Assembly: GCA_051362555.1 (NCBI GenBank)
Contig: CM120640.1
Span: 40,092,788 to 40,156,787 of the forward strand
DNA: 64,000 bases
Source: Lingula anatina
Lineage: Eukaryota; Animalia; Brachiopoda
Direction of reading: 5' to 3'
The notes beneath the pieces were generated by a model, which saw nothing but the letters and a program-made list of their open reading frames with translations, was not told the DNA's origin and did no database searches. Positions 14,271 through 28,035 of the stretch are shown one piece after another. The position numbers and the translations under genes are program-made. Within the stretch, counting starts at the first letter, position 1, and every line of letters starts with the position of its first letter.

Positions 14271-14780
14271 AGTTATCAAAGAAATCTGAGAATTTATACA
14301 GAACAATGGAACGAGAAGGAAAAGACAAAGAATATATGAGTATAATGTCTAAGGCCTTTTGTCACATTTTTATTCTTATAATTGTTGTTCCTTTAAAACC
14401 AAGATTGTAAAATGTACCACACGTTTATCTCATCATTTCTTAAAAAGCAAAAAGGTATGAATAAGGTGAAAAATATATCAATCTTTATCTTACACACGAA
14501 AAACAGAAAAACAATGTCTAAAATGTAATTATTGGGATCTCTGAATAGACTTTTACCACCCTGACGCTTAAATATTTCATAAGGTACCAGTGTGTATTAT
14601 GTTCTGAACAGTTTTACAAACATGTGACCTAAATAATAAGTGACATGATATCTAATGTTTAAAATCTAGAATCCACAGGTTCTCTTTGGTCTTTAGAAAC
14701 CCAGGAAATATTCACTTGGGGCTCACCCGAGAACACGCTAGGGGAACGACTTGTAATCTCTTGGCTGGTGGATGGAGTAT

Positions 14781-17217
14781 TTATGTTGATTGCTAGAAGA
14801 GAAAACAATAAGGACATCACAGATTGCATCACTGTTTTATTTCAACAGCAATGGGAAACTATGAATGAATTATTAACAGCTCAGATTTTGAAAATATGAA
14901 ATAATTTGTTGTGCACATTTAGAAGCCATGAAATCATCTGTTGACGGTGCAGATTCATTTCTCATGCAAATACGTGCATGCATGACACACAGCCAGAAAC
15001 ATTCAAAACTAAATAAAATTATGATACAAAATCTGTTATTTTAGTTTTTGATAGTCTAATAAATAATTTAAATAGTTATTAATATATATTATTGATAAAC
15101 ACCAGGTTGGGAGACAATCAAACACAGGAAATACAATCACATGGTTTCTACTCATCTAACATGTTTGCTACACATAACAAGAATACAGTGCGTCCACAGC
15201 AGTTTATTGAAAAATTCCAATTTACAACATATAAAATGATACATTTACTACAAAATGACAAAAAAAAGATTTTAGTTTTCATCAGAGAGAAGAAGGGGCA
15301 CTTCTATTTGACTTTCATAATTACCACCAGATTTGGCAAAATGAACAGTTTCCTGGCAGCAGATGAATAAAAAAATACACTAAAATGGTTCATCAGTAAA
15401 GACGTATTTACTAGTATGTGGACGGCTATTTTACGTTTCAAACTTATTGTACTACTAAAAGAATTTGTTTGAAGTTCATGCAACTGTAGATTCTAGGGCC
15501 ATTTCACCTTTAAAGATTTAAGTCTAAGACTAAGTCAATTATACATAAGGCATAATATTATATACTAATATCTATAAATGTTCATGCATGGTTATCATTT
15601 TCACCACCTTCATTATCATTCACTCACAATGTTTCAATATCTCTTAAATTTATGACAGAAATATTTGATGTTTCTCCATCAAGCACTGGAATTCTCTTTC
15701 ACAGTGCAATATCAATAATTAGCACACTATACAATATGAAACAATTAGCTAGGAAAATTATAATAAAACTTGAAATAAAAAATGAAAATCTCCCTCATTA
15801 CTTACAGCCATTGCTCTTCCCCTGGTCTCTATTGGAAGTAGCAGGGCATCTATTGCACATAGGAAAGCAATGGCACCATACACCCACAAGGCAGATACTA
15901 GGGAGGCATTTAGTAATACCTAGAAAAAACAAGATTCAAAATTTAAGTAGACTCCAACACCAATATGTTGTTTAGTTAACATAATTTAACAATTAAGTTA
16001 ACATAAAAAAATATATATTGCTGGATATATGTTTGTTATGTGAGGATTAATTTTATTAATTTCCTTTTTATGAAAATTTTCCTTTAGTCACTAAAAAAAC
16101 ACCATATCACATTTAAACACAATGCACTCATATCCTGATAACATTTTCAGTACCTCAATACTTAACAGAAATCATTATCTGTTTATTAAGGAAGCAAAAG
16201 TCATCAAAGCTTCAGCTAACATTTAATTCACACTTGAGATGTTACAATCAGATGACAGGCTGATCCTCAAGAGGTTAAAAATTGGGACACCCATGTTCAA
16301 TGGGAAGACCCAGAAGACGGCTTAAATCCGCCCGAGTCAAGGCAAACATAAATCATTACCTGTGATATAAAAGGAGTGCTCATGGCACCTAACCTGGCCA
16401 TGGCACTACTGGAACCCAATCCTAATGCTCGAACAGTTGTGGGATAGACCTAAATATCATGGAAAAATTAAAATTAAAAATAAAATTAATAATAAACACT
16501 ATGCTAAAATGATTCTAGGAAAGTTGCCCTTGATCATTATTCATATTCATTATTCTGGCAATAATATGCTAGCTGAAATAATTAAGTATATAAATCTTCA
16601 ATATCTTTTATGTCATTCTGAACTGACAATAAATAATAAATATATAATCCAGTGGATAAAAGAATGATTGAATTAGTATACAATTAAAATAAACAATCAA
16701 ATTAAAAAATCTTACCTCTGTTGTATAGATATAAACCGTGTTGAACACAGCAGAAGACAAGGCTCTAGCACCAAACAAGAAGAAGGTCAGAACACCACGG
16801 GAGACACACAGCTGTATGAGGAGGAAGAAGACTCCAGTGCCGACCAGACTCACTGCAAGGGTTTTCTGTCGTCCGATGAGATCCATCAGAAATAAGTTAA
16901 TTGGCAAACCTATAAAAAAGCAAGAGCAACATGTTGAAAAGCAACTATTTCAAGAATTTCTTCATACGCAAAGTGTGGATTTTTTCCCTGGAAACTTACA
17001 TTTCACTTTCAAGGAAATAATTTATAGTACAACTTTATACTGTAACTTCTTGAAAAAAACCTTATCCATTTTCAAATATCTAGAGCATATGGCACAGAAA
17101 AAAAACTCAAGTGTCTTAAAATCTACTCAGTGAGTTATAAATAGCATGATACATATTTCATCTTTCTTGAAAGAGATAGGGTAAACTATTTTTTTTGATT
17201 CTTCAGGTTGATGAAAA

Positions 17218-17272
<55 letters not shown>

Positions 17273-20200
17273 AATAATAATAAATAGTTTCTTAACAATA
17301 ATTTTTTTAACTGTGTGGCATGACCTTTGACTTTCATCAAAAGGTCTGGATTACCTGACTGACTCGCATCACGTGTCTAATCTCTTAATAGAAACAATTT
17401 ATTTTTGATTACCATCATCACACAAGAGACAATGAAAAACCCATTTACCAACCTTCACATACAATTTTATACTGTGTTCAAATGATTGATACACTAACAA
17501 ATGACCCTTACCTAAAAATTCCCCTAAAGATGACCATATCATGGTGATATAGTCAGCATGACCTAGTGGATTACAATGGCAACCTTGCTCTGTCTGAATC
17601 ACTTCTGTACCTGACCCTTGACAGGAGAGAAGTTAACATAATGAGAATTTGATAACAGTGAAACATGGTTTAAAGTAGCATTAAAAACATCCTTTAGCAA
17701 TAATAGTTCTAAGTCAGCAGAAAGCAGTGGTTTCTAATGTGTATAAAAAAGCATTTTAAGCTTTAACATGAAGCAGGTATTTTTGAGCAGAACAAAATTG
17801 TAGTAATTTTATTTTCTGGCACTTCCATGTATTTCCTACTTTCATACCACTTTCATACCATATTTAAAACATGTTTACAAGATCATTTAAATATTCTATC
17901 AGGCTGAGACAAAATTTTATGATTAACTCAGTTCTGCCCTCTTTGGATGTGAAAGTTTCTGCCCACTGATGTAGTTTAAATGTTCTGAATACTCTCTTCA
18001 ATCAGATCCATAATATTTGTAATGCTTTCCATAAAATTTGTAATTCTTACCTGTACATGACTTGTGAAATTCTAAGATTTCAGAGCTTGCTAATATAATG
18101 CCATAATAACTGAAAGCAATACCAAACCATATGGGCCAAATCTGAAATGTTGTTCTTCTATATTCAGCAGAAAATATATCTGCAAATTTGCCTCTGGCCA
18201 GCTAGCAAAAAAGAAAAATGATAATCATATAAAAATCCAATTCCTCCCTAGGTGGAACATGACAATTGATCCAAATAACATGTATTTCAAATTTAATGAA
18301 GTCATAGCACAATTTCATTAGCAAGTCTTTTTGATGAATTGAATACCAGAGCACATAATAGAGATGTCTTTCCAAGTTTAAAATAAAACCAGTACCGTAA
18401 GATGAAAAGGTACGGTTTTCAAAACTCAAAGCATGTGGTATTTAACCTATTATAATCTAAAAGCAAGTGGCCCTACCACTGGTGACTTCTGTAACTCTCC
18501 TGATGGCAGCTCTGCATTGTTTAACTTTGCTGCTTCCCTAAGAATCTTCATGGCTTTCTCGCGATCCCCAGCAGCCATCAAATATCTTGCCGATTCTGGG
18601 ATGAACTGGGAAAGTAAAATGAAAATGACTTTTACACATCAGAGGAGAACTTGGAAAAGCACAATGGGTTTTTCTGAAGTCACTGGCGCAAGTAAAGATT
18701 TCCTCCCACAGCAGTACCCTCTACCAGGGCGACTGATAGATTTTTACGGATATTCACAGATATGTCTCTAGCTAGATAGATTGTCATTTTCAACTGAAGT
18801 CACCCTGTACAGAAATCCCAAGGTTGATTACATGGCTGGTAATTGTTTGCATAACTGCACAGGCACTGCCACTTAGCAGGTCCAGTCTAAGTCTGCGTGA
18901 CAGCAATCAAGACAGTTAATTGCTCTGACCTTAATCACTTGCTCTTCTGACACAGATAAAAATAGCCCCCAGTGAATAGCTTATTACTTCAGAGTGAGGC
19001 TAACTGTGGAATCCCCTGAAGTAGTTGCAACTTGCAGAGGTATAAATACTGGTGCAGTAGCAGCCTGAAAGCGTTATTACGGTATGGAGCGTGAAGAAGC
19101 AGATCGGATAGTAAGCAAATTTTGGAATTTCGAAGGGCTGACAGAACATCAATTTGAAGCGGTGAGTGCTGCAGTCAGTGGGAAGGACGTGTATGTTGGC
19201 ATTCCTACAGGAGGTGGGAAGAGCATACTCTGAAGTATCGAATAAAAGTACTGATGGAATAAAAGGTACTGGGTGGAAAAAATCTCAAAATTTAATAAAA
19301 GTACTGATGGAATAAAAGGTACTGGGTGGAAAAAATCTCGAAATTTAATAAAAGTACTGATGGTATAAAAGGTACTGGGTGGAAAAAATCTCAACATTTA
19401 ATAAAAGTACTGATGGAATAAAAGTACTGGGTGGAAAAAAATCTCGAAATTTAATAAAAGTACTGGATGGAATAAAAGTACTGTCCGGAAAAAACCTTCA
19501 CACCACTCCCCCTCCCCCCCCCCCCAAAAAAAAAATGAAATAAATAAAAATAAAGAAGAGAAAGAAAAAAAACTAGCTATTTATCAGTGTTAAAAAAAAA
19601 CTTTCACCAGGTAAAATTCACTCAGTATTATAATTTATTTATCTTAAAAACAGGATATCTAATTTATTTTCAAAAAATAAAAAATTTTGCCAGGAGTTAA
19701 ATTTAATAATCGTCAGGGTCCGAAGACCCAGATATATCGCACCTAAGCCGCCTCCGATAGTCATACAGCCAATTTTTTAAAGCTGCGGTATGGAATTGTG
19801 GGATACGGCTTACTTCGGGAAACCCCTTCCAACCACGTGACTGGTTTTTGCAGACAGCAGAGCCTAGACAGGTTGGGTAACGTGCAGTTAGCACATCGTC
19901 GCGAAGCAAAGCTCATGCAGAGCGAGAATAAAGCCCTCTGCGCACGGGCAAAGATAATTGCTCCCACATGGGATTTCTGTACAGAGTGACTTCAGTTGAA
20001 AATAACAATCTATCTAACTAGAGACATATCTGTGAATATCCGTAAAAATCTATCAGTCGCCTTGGTAGAGGGTACCACAGCAGAGTGTGCTAAACACCAA
20101 TGATGCCTCTGTTTTATCAGGCATTATTACCAAGGGGTGCTATCTACACTTGCACCAGTGATGCCAATACCTGGTTCATAACCACTGCTTCCCTTTAATA

Positions 20201-23200
20201 ACTCCTGAAGTGTTCAGAAAATGACTGCAAATGACTAGAAGTTAATACCGTTACTCATTTTTAGCCCTAGAAAGTAACATATCTCTTAGTAAAATACCTC
20301 TATTTATTCTTTTCTTGGGACAGCAAAATAATTTCAAAATTGATGTATTTTAAATATATTTAATTGGCTTGGTTAACATTATTATTATCATTATTATTAA
20401 TATAATAAGTATTCTTATAATTATTCAATAAAACTCACATAAAAGAAGAAGCAGCTGACCCCCAGTGGTATGGCAGACAGAGCAGCCAGCCACCTCCAGC
20501 CTTTGGTAGGAACTACAGCCATGGCAAGAATGATCTCAAAACAGCTACCCGTGGCCCAGAAAATCTGCATAAATATTAAATTATATATGGTTTTTCATAG
20601 TAAAAGATAATGCAAATAAAAGTGTTCAATATATACATGCTTTGGTACTATTTGAAAAGAAAAAAGAAACAAGGCAGCAAAGCTGTCAAATGTACAGACA
20701 AAAAACAGGAAATAACAAAAAAGGCTACTGTCAATTCTGATGCAAAAGTACATTATGTTAAACTGCAAATTCAACATCAAATTTGTTCAACAGGTAATAC
20801 CAATGTAAGTAAAATGTGTAACAAACATAAGGCTTCAGGCCCATGTGAGTTCAAGTTCAGACTTTGAAAATGTATAACTTCCAGAAAAAGAAGTCAATTA
20901 GACTGCTTTTCCAACTCGGGCTGCATTTTAGTCCTGTATTTCTTTTTTAAAAGTTTGGCAATCATAAGTAACATGGTTTTCCCATAATGGTCATCATGGC
21001 AGCAGCACCCTAAATTGTGTTTTCTTCTATTCTGATGCAATATTACATAATGGTTAACAGCATAATGACAATCAATTTTTAATAATAAAATATTAATATC
21101 ATGGATATTCAGAAAATGTGACTAGCAAAGGTCTTCAGGCCCATGGAACTTCCAAGTCACAACTTGAAAATGCCAGAATGTAAACAAGACAGCACTGTTC
21201 TGAAATGGTTTTTTTTTCCATTTTTAACAAATTTTTTAACATAAAACAAAATTTACCGGTTACTGCCATTTATATACGATCAACTAAGAAAATTGATGAG
21301 ATGGGAAAACTATCAATACAACAGTGTTAAATGTCCAATTTCCTCCATTCTGAGATTCTGAACATAGTGAATGATTGAATCTGACAAACTGCAATGATAT
21401 GAGTTTATTTCCATTTTTGAAACTTTATTACACAATACACGATAACAAGTTTACCATCATTTTTACATAATCAACTAACAATGTTGTAAAGATGCAGTAT
21501 ATGTCAAACAAACACTTTTACATATCTTATTAGTTCAATAACAAGACTGTTAACATGCCTAAGAGTTGAATCTGAGGAAATGTGAAACAAGACAGCACTG
21601 TTCTGACATGGGTTTATTTCCATTTTTAACACTTTTTTTAACATAAAACAAAATAAACAGTTTACTGCAATTTTTATATGATCAACTAAGAAAATTGATG
21701 AGATGGGAAAAATATCAATACAACAGTGTTAAATGTCCAATTTCCTCCATTCTGAGATTCTGAACATAGTGAATGATTGAATCCGACAAACTGCAATGAT
21801 ATGAGTTTATTTCCATTTTTGACACTTTATTACACAATACACGATAACAAGTTTACCATCATTTTTACATAATCAACTAACAATGTTGTAAAGGTGCAGT
21901 ATATGTCAAACAAACACTTTTACATATTTTATTAGTTCAATAACGAGACTGTTAACATGCCTAAGAGTTGAATTTGAGGAAATGTGAAAAAACAGCATAA
22001 CTTCTAAAATAATGCCCCGATTATGCTGATTTTCGAACTCAATCTGCGTTTTAGTAAGATTGATCACTCCTGTGAGTTAAATGACAATTGGCCTATCTAT
22101 TTTTCTTATATTGTGTTTACAGTGTTGCATATATGCTGAAAAATGAAAAAACAGCATAACTACTAAAATAGTGGCCCGATCATGCCGATTTTCGAACTTG
22201 ACCTGCGTTTTAATAAGATTGATTACTCCTGTGAGTTTCATGACAACAGGCTTAATGGTTTTCCTTAAAATGTGTTTACAGGGTTGCACATATGCTGAAA
22301 AGTGAAAAAACAGCATAACTTCTACAATAATGGCCCGATCATGCTGATTTTCGAACTTGACCTGCGTTTTATGAATATTCATCAGCTCTGTAAATATAAA
22401 GCCAAAAAGTAAAACTGCCCTCCACTGTTTACAAGGAAAGTGCACAGCGCCGGCGATGGCATCGGCATCGGCATCAGCATTGGCGACGGCGACGACAGAC
22501 GCAGGTGATGGCAATATGTACAGACACATCTGAGTCTGTACATAAAAAAAACAGGTTCCTGGCACCTTTTTACACAAGATTTGATCTTTTTTGCTTTTTT
22601 GCTGAACTATATATACTCATACTCACATGATATATAATAAGTGTCTTGGCTCTGTGCTTTCTAGGGAGATATTCTGCCAGAATTGTAAACCTTAAGAATA
22701 AAAGTAAAAAATATCTTTAAGAAAAATCAAATCAGTTTTAAGCTATTTGGAATAAAAAATGTGACATTCTGATGCAAATTTTGAGCTCAACAATGTTTAT
22801 TAAAATATGTCTTTTAAAAGATAAAAATTGAGTGACCAGTAAAAAGAGCACTTCATTTTCTTGTACTGCAACATATGTTTGATATTTCAGAAAGAAATAG
22901 AATAGTTTCCTTTCTTATTTACATGGTAATATCAAAATATAAACTTGCCATGTACAGGGTATTTTTCCCTACAATTTACCATGCAGTGAAGTACAGGGTA
23001 CCTTTCAAAATTAATTAGCAAAATCCAGTTAGCACTCGGTCATAAATGACTGTATGGTCACTACACTGTCCAGCAAGGAAGAACACTATGCTAGAAAGTT
23101 GGGTGTATAAAAAAAGAACCTCCACTGTCTTAAGTGCACTTTTTTTACTTACGCCTGGGATGCCCCTCCTATTCCAAAACCCACCAGCGCTCTCAGCACC

Positions 23201-26200
23201 AATATCCAGCCATACACTGGGCTGAAGGAACTCAGGAAGCCAAAGAAACTGATCCACAGGCCAACAAGAAGCAGCATCTAAGCACAAAATGTTGAAATGT
23301 GAAGCTTTAGTTGGGCAATAAAATGTACTTGATTGGCTGAGAAACTACCTGCAGACATTATCAATATGAGTTAAGGCCTTAACTGAATGTGGCATTATTG
23401 CTGCATTCCCCTGGCTCTGAATACCACAATCACATAATCGCTTTATTAACTGCTTTTGGTTCAGATCTGAAATTAATGTTGATATTGTAGGGTTTTAACT
23501 TGGAATGAAAAAGATAAAACAAAAAACACTAAGGTTGGCCTATTACAGCCCACCTGCCACCACTTTTGTGACCCACATGTGGTGTAGTTGGGCTATCAAG
23601 TAGATGGGGCCAAGACCAAAATTTGTGTACAGTATGGGCATCCCACCTAGGGCTGGCTCAAACAGTGGCCCCCAAAGGTCCGAAATAGCTCCCTAACAGT
23701 TCTGCTCTAACAGTCCTGTTGCAAGTTAAAGTTGGAATGTGTGACATGTGGGAATTTTCTAATATGAGCATAAATATAATTTTTATCAATTCAATTTTCA
23801 CATTTTTGGAAAATCTTATAACACATCACTGATAGATCAATATAACTAAAGTTGGATGAAGCTAGCTAAGCATAAAAACAAAGCTCATATGAGAATGAGG
23901 GTTGTTTTTGTGAAGCATATATGTGACAGTGAACTCACAAGCTATTTATAGAATGTATCACATTACACCACCATCATTAAATAAAACGTCAGCAAATAAA
24001 TGCATGTGAGATTTTTTTCACAAATTAGAACCATCATAACTTGCAGGTAATTTAATGAATATATATACTGGTTATTGGTTGGAAAAAAAGGAAAGTATAG
24101 AGAGTTGATTTTATGAGTGCATTCATGTGTGTTTATGTATACAGAGAAAAAAAGAGTTAGCAATGCAGTCTCATTACATTTTTATCATTTTGTTTAAAGA
24201 ATGACAAAGAATTACAATTGTATCTTACCAGAACAGAAATGATGGTATTTTTCAAATATATATTAAAGTGAGCTTGTAATTATACCCCAGCAATTGCATG
24301 GTCCATTTGTACACAGTTACCAAAGCAGTGGTGTATTAAACTGGACATTGGATAATGAATATCTACATAATATACTCACAGGCCATCTTCCATATGTATC
24401 TCCACATTTTCCCCAGCCTGGAGCACCCACAAACATGCCAATAAACACTGCCTAGAAAGATTAAGCATAAAAGTTTATAGCATATAATTTGCCCCATTCA
24501 TAAAATATATAAACAATGTAAAAGCCTGGACATAATATCAAACATAATAAGTATTTTGAAACAGCTCAAAATGCAAATGATTCATCTAGACATTTAAACA
24601 AAAACATAATCACATCAATAATGAACATATATAAAATTTGTAATCAAGATATACTCCCATTAAATATATAAAATAAGCAACTTATTAAACTAAAAAAAAT
24701 AAATACAATGGACACAAATGCATACATACATGTATAATAGATTGCTAAGGCTCATTCCCAATGAAATTATTGTTCTTCAGTCTTCATAGATCAATACAAC
24801 TCTACAGGGACCCTTGCTGAATGAAATCAGTTTAGTTGCTTAACAAGCCTCTTCTTGGTTCAAGCGCACTTGCTAGTACAATCACTAGCTTCAGGCCCGT
24901 AGCCAGCAATTTCAAAAGGGGGGTTCTTTTTCTGAAAAAGTGGACCTTTTCCCATAATAACTTCATGTACATAGATCAAATTTTACCCAGAGTGGACCTT
25001 TTCCCAGCAAAAGGGGCGGTTCTTTCGAACCCCCCGAACCCCCCCTGGCTACGGGCCTGAGCTTTTCTGTCTGTATTCTACTCAACATCAAGAGGCTTAT
25101 TAATCTGCTTAACTACATTCGGTAAGAGTCCCCAGGGAGTTAAATAGATCTAAGTAGAAGGATAGTTTTATTGGGAACGAGCCCTTAAATTACCGTTGTG
25201 ATAAAGGCAACTTGTACTTCCTCCAGTAACCACTCACATCTCAACACAGGACCCAGCACTGCCAGTAGTAACATCTCCATGGCATCTGAAGCCTAAATGA
25301 AATATAATATAAAAAAATTAAAATGTATGCAGAACAGAGCATTGTTTATAAGTTTGGTGTGGACAATTTTCTTGTATTAATAAAGTTATTTTTGTAACTC
25401 ATACGTAGACAAAATATCTGTTGTTCATGCCAGAAGTCCACCCCTCACCACCCACCCCCCCCAACCAAAAATGTGACCCACAACCCCACAAACATCTAAG
25501 ACCAGATAATATCTTTTTTTCTAACCATATAGCCACTAACTGTTGGTCATAAATTCTTGTCTTGTCTCAGGAAAGAGGATTCGTAAACTGTAGATTCAAG
25601 GTGAAAATTTTAATGTGGTTTTACAGTGGGGAAGTTAATGTACTGAAGCAACAATAACTCTAAAACAGGATATAAAATTAATGCCATGCTATATAATGCC
25701 CCTATCACAACTCATCTGTCTAGACAATTATTAAATATCTTTTTTCTAATGCATGCAATAGAGAGAGACCTTTTAGACAAGCAGTGGTAAAATATCTAAA
25801 TTTATATGGATGGTACCCCATTATAGGCAACATAGTTTTAGAGATACAGTGTACCTGTATTTTAAACAATGAATATGGCAAACAATAATTATGAAAATTG
25901 ACCAAAGCACTGCATCATGCTGTTAGTCATAGCAACTTATTCATCATTGACGACCTAAATTTTGACATGTCAGCAAATATAAAGCATGAAGATTTTTGTC
26001 TAAAATACTTGTCTGCTTATAAAACAGACAGGGAAACCACAACATTGTCTAGAGCTATTTGCTCCGAGATATATAATCCAGCAAATGTTATTCAAAGAAC
26101 ACCTGAATTATGTCATCTTTGCATTCAGTATTAAACCCTCAAGTGACACAACTGTATAAATATGCATGCAAGCTATGAACATACGCAATGGCATGGGCAT

Positions 26201-27037
26201 AATCAAGTCTTATATAAATTTGCATTTATATATTATAATCATGTTTGAATATTTGTGTTACCAGCATCTAAGCTAATAACACCTTAAAAGCATTCCTTCA
26301 GTACATGGAATTGTCAATTCAAATTCAAATTTTTAACTTGATTTGATCATCCATTTGTGAAATTTTAGCTGAAATAACAAACACGTCATAGTGCCTTAAG
26401 AGTATGTAAGAGTAAACATAATATACATGTATCAGTTGAGCCTTGTTATGTACAGCACTCACTGTAAAAATGCCACAGAGTACAAATAGTTTCAGCTGGA
26501 ACTTTCCAAACCCAATGGTCTCCACTGCATCTTCCACTGTGAAGTTAGCATGGTCCACTGAGCTCTCAGTAGTAGAGATAACTGGAGCATCACTGAAAGT
26601 GCCATGATCTGAAATAGTCAGTGAAACTGATTTAAAAACAGTGAAAAAAATGTTAATCTAAACAGTACACAAAATACAATGAACTGAAAAGGATGAAATG
26701 AGATAAAGTGCCATTCAAAACACTTTGATGTTGTAGTACAATGTACTCAGTACTTCTATTCAAAGATGAATGGTGCACCTTCTCCCCAAAGGCCTAATCG
26801 AACCTCTGATCAGTAATCTATCAACCCCCTATTTTATTTACAAATGGACAAATATTCATCAAACAACTGAACACATGAGAGAGAGAGAGAAAGTAGCAGT
26901 GATAGGGTACATTTGATAATGTATACAAATAATTAGAGAGAGTCTATAATTCAAGTCTGCAATTAGGATGACCTTAAAGACCCTCCAGTACCTTCTTTCA
27001 TGCGTTTATAAGAGGATCCTACAGGTTGCAGCTCCAT
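14781..27037 (-). CDS. SVOPL: SVOP-like MFS transporter, 14 coding exons, about 490 aa
   Basis: Exons 27037-26992, 26608-26463, 25292-25194, 24451-24380, 23277-23153, 22690-22627, 20564-20439, 18605-18477, 18201-18051, 17616(or 17610)-17512, 16909-16716, 16449-16360, 15919-15806 and 14792-14781 give a continuous frame. Motifs [71 protein letters not shown]. The short C-terminus fits SVOPL. A probable non-coding first exon has its donor near 29835. Confidence 0.9.
17215..17285. repeat. (TAAA)n microsatellite
   Basis: Direct reading. Confidence 0.9.
19084..19233 (+). pseudogene. Truncated RecQ-like (SF2) helicase fragment inside the transposon
   Basis: [49 protein letters not shown]: a motif 0-like Q and Walker A PTGGGKS. 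TATAAATA lies upstream at 19041. Confidence 0.8.
19241..19485 (+). repeat. Minisatellite, about 53-bp unit x 4.5, inside the AcademH-type element
   Basis: Unit aataaaagtactgatggaataaaaggtactgggtggaaaaaatctc(g/a)aaattt. Confidence 0.9.
20668..22552 (+). mobile_element. Pearl-like / Helentron-associated non-autonomous element carrying tandem arrays
   Basis: Starts AACAAG. Subterminal ATGTACAGAC (20690) is inverted relative to GTCTGTACAT (22534). Inside are two units of about 400 bp (about 21182-21988), three core repeats of about 150-170 bp (aaaaacagcataac...ttcgaact), and a (GGCATC/GGCGAC)n microsatellite. It ends in an 11-bp stem-loop (22515-22544) followed by an A-run. Confidence 0.65.
24746..25187. 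mobile_element. Harbinger-like MITE interrupted by a CAGGCCCGTAGCCAG MITE
   Basis: Outer arms aaggctcattcccaat(g)aaa and ttttattgggaacgagccctta. The inner element at 24892-25059 has TSD AGCTT on both sides. Confidence 0.7.
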
Positions 27038-27324
27038 TTTGTCTTGTCTGATGTAAGTCTAAACACTGCCTTTTGGCTGTCCAACTTTCCCTTAATCCAT
27101 GCAGTCACAGCTCCAGTTCTGGTATTTGCATACTTCCAAGTATAATTACTGCAACACCACCTAGTAAATAATTTAAATACAGACTAGTTATACCAGCAGA
27201 GTATATTAATGATGACTTATTTGGGCCTATTGCAAGTTAGTATATGTACTATGGACAAACATCAGTCAGTAGTTGTATATGAACTCAATTAACTACACTA
27301 TAATACATCCAGTAGGCACAGGCC

Positions 27325-27623
27325 TACCTAACTACCTGACTCGGCACCGAATTCACCAGAAGATCAGACCAAACTACCCTTTTTCAAGGTGTGCGTCAGT
27401 ACGCATTTCATAGTATCATACACCGGAGCAAATTTTGAGATGAGATGTACTACTTTCCAACCCCACTGAGAATCATCACTATCACATCGTGCACTAGGCA
27501 AGAGCGTTGTTGCGTCTGTTCCTTTGAAGTGTGTACTGATACACACCTTGAAAACAGGTAGTGTGGTACAATCTACCGGTGAATAATTCAGGATCATTTG
27601 GTGCCGAGTCTGGTAGTTGGGTA
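27325..27623. mobile_element. MITE with TACC termini (Academ-like), GGCC flanks
   Basis: TACCTAACTACCTGACTCGGCACC versus GGTGCCGAGTCTGGTAGTTGGGTA. GGCC occurs on both sides. Confidence 0.7.
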
Positions 27624-27705
27624 GGCCTGAGGCACTTAGGGGATGTTCCCAATAATAATATTGCTCAGTTTCTGGAAGTTTTTTCACTTCATATTGAATG
27701 TGATC

Positions 27706-28035
27706 TAAGGGTGCTTTCCTAGAGATTTAGATTGATTTAAAGATTAAGTTTTAGATCGACCTAAATCCCTGGGGGTTCAGGCTTAATTGCAGTCAGCCGA
27801 GCGGACACCATAGTTAATTACCCCCTTAGAGCTTTAAGTAGGCGGGACAGACGCTTAAGCCGGCCAAGCTGACAGTAATCTAGTGAGACTCCCCACAGGG
27901 ATAGATCGATCTAAAAATCTATGGAAATGGGGTGTAATGCACACAAGAGATAATCAATCCCTAGCTGCTCAAGGAGGAGTGCCATTCAGTTAATCTAGTT
28001 GCATTCAGCGAGAATCCCTGCCGCATTGGATCGAT
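27706..28035. mobile_element. Palindromic MITE(s), Harbinger-like family
   Basis: Inverted arms taagggtgctttcctagagatttagat / atctatggaaatggggtgta and ggtgccctta; internal motifs are shared with 14022-14270. Confidence 0.5.

Larger units (their letters stand above)
18715..20074 (+). mobile_element. Non-autonomous AcademH-type DNA transposon
   Basis: TIRs of about 115 bp (TACCCTCTACCAGGGCGACTGATAGATTTTTACGG...), a perfect 9-bp TSD CCACAGCAG (18706-18714 and 20075-20083), and an internal RecQ helicase N-terminal stub. Confidence 0.85.

Noticed and set aside
19241-19485. Regular repeats resembling a CRISPR array
   Set aside because: Units are contiguous with no unique spacers, no cas genes are present, and the context is a eukaryotic transposon interior.
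19703-19989. Short ORFs at the right end of the AcademH-type element as a transposase start
   Set aside because: No recognisable transposase motif; cannot be supported without a search.
22077-22577. 166-aa minus-strand ORF
   Set aside because: Composed of tandem core repeats and the microsatellite of the pearl-like element.
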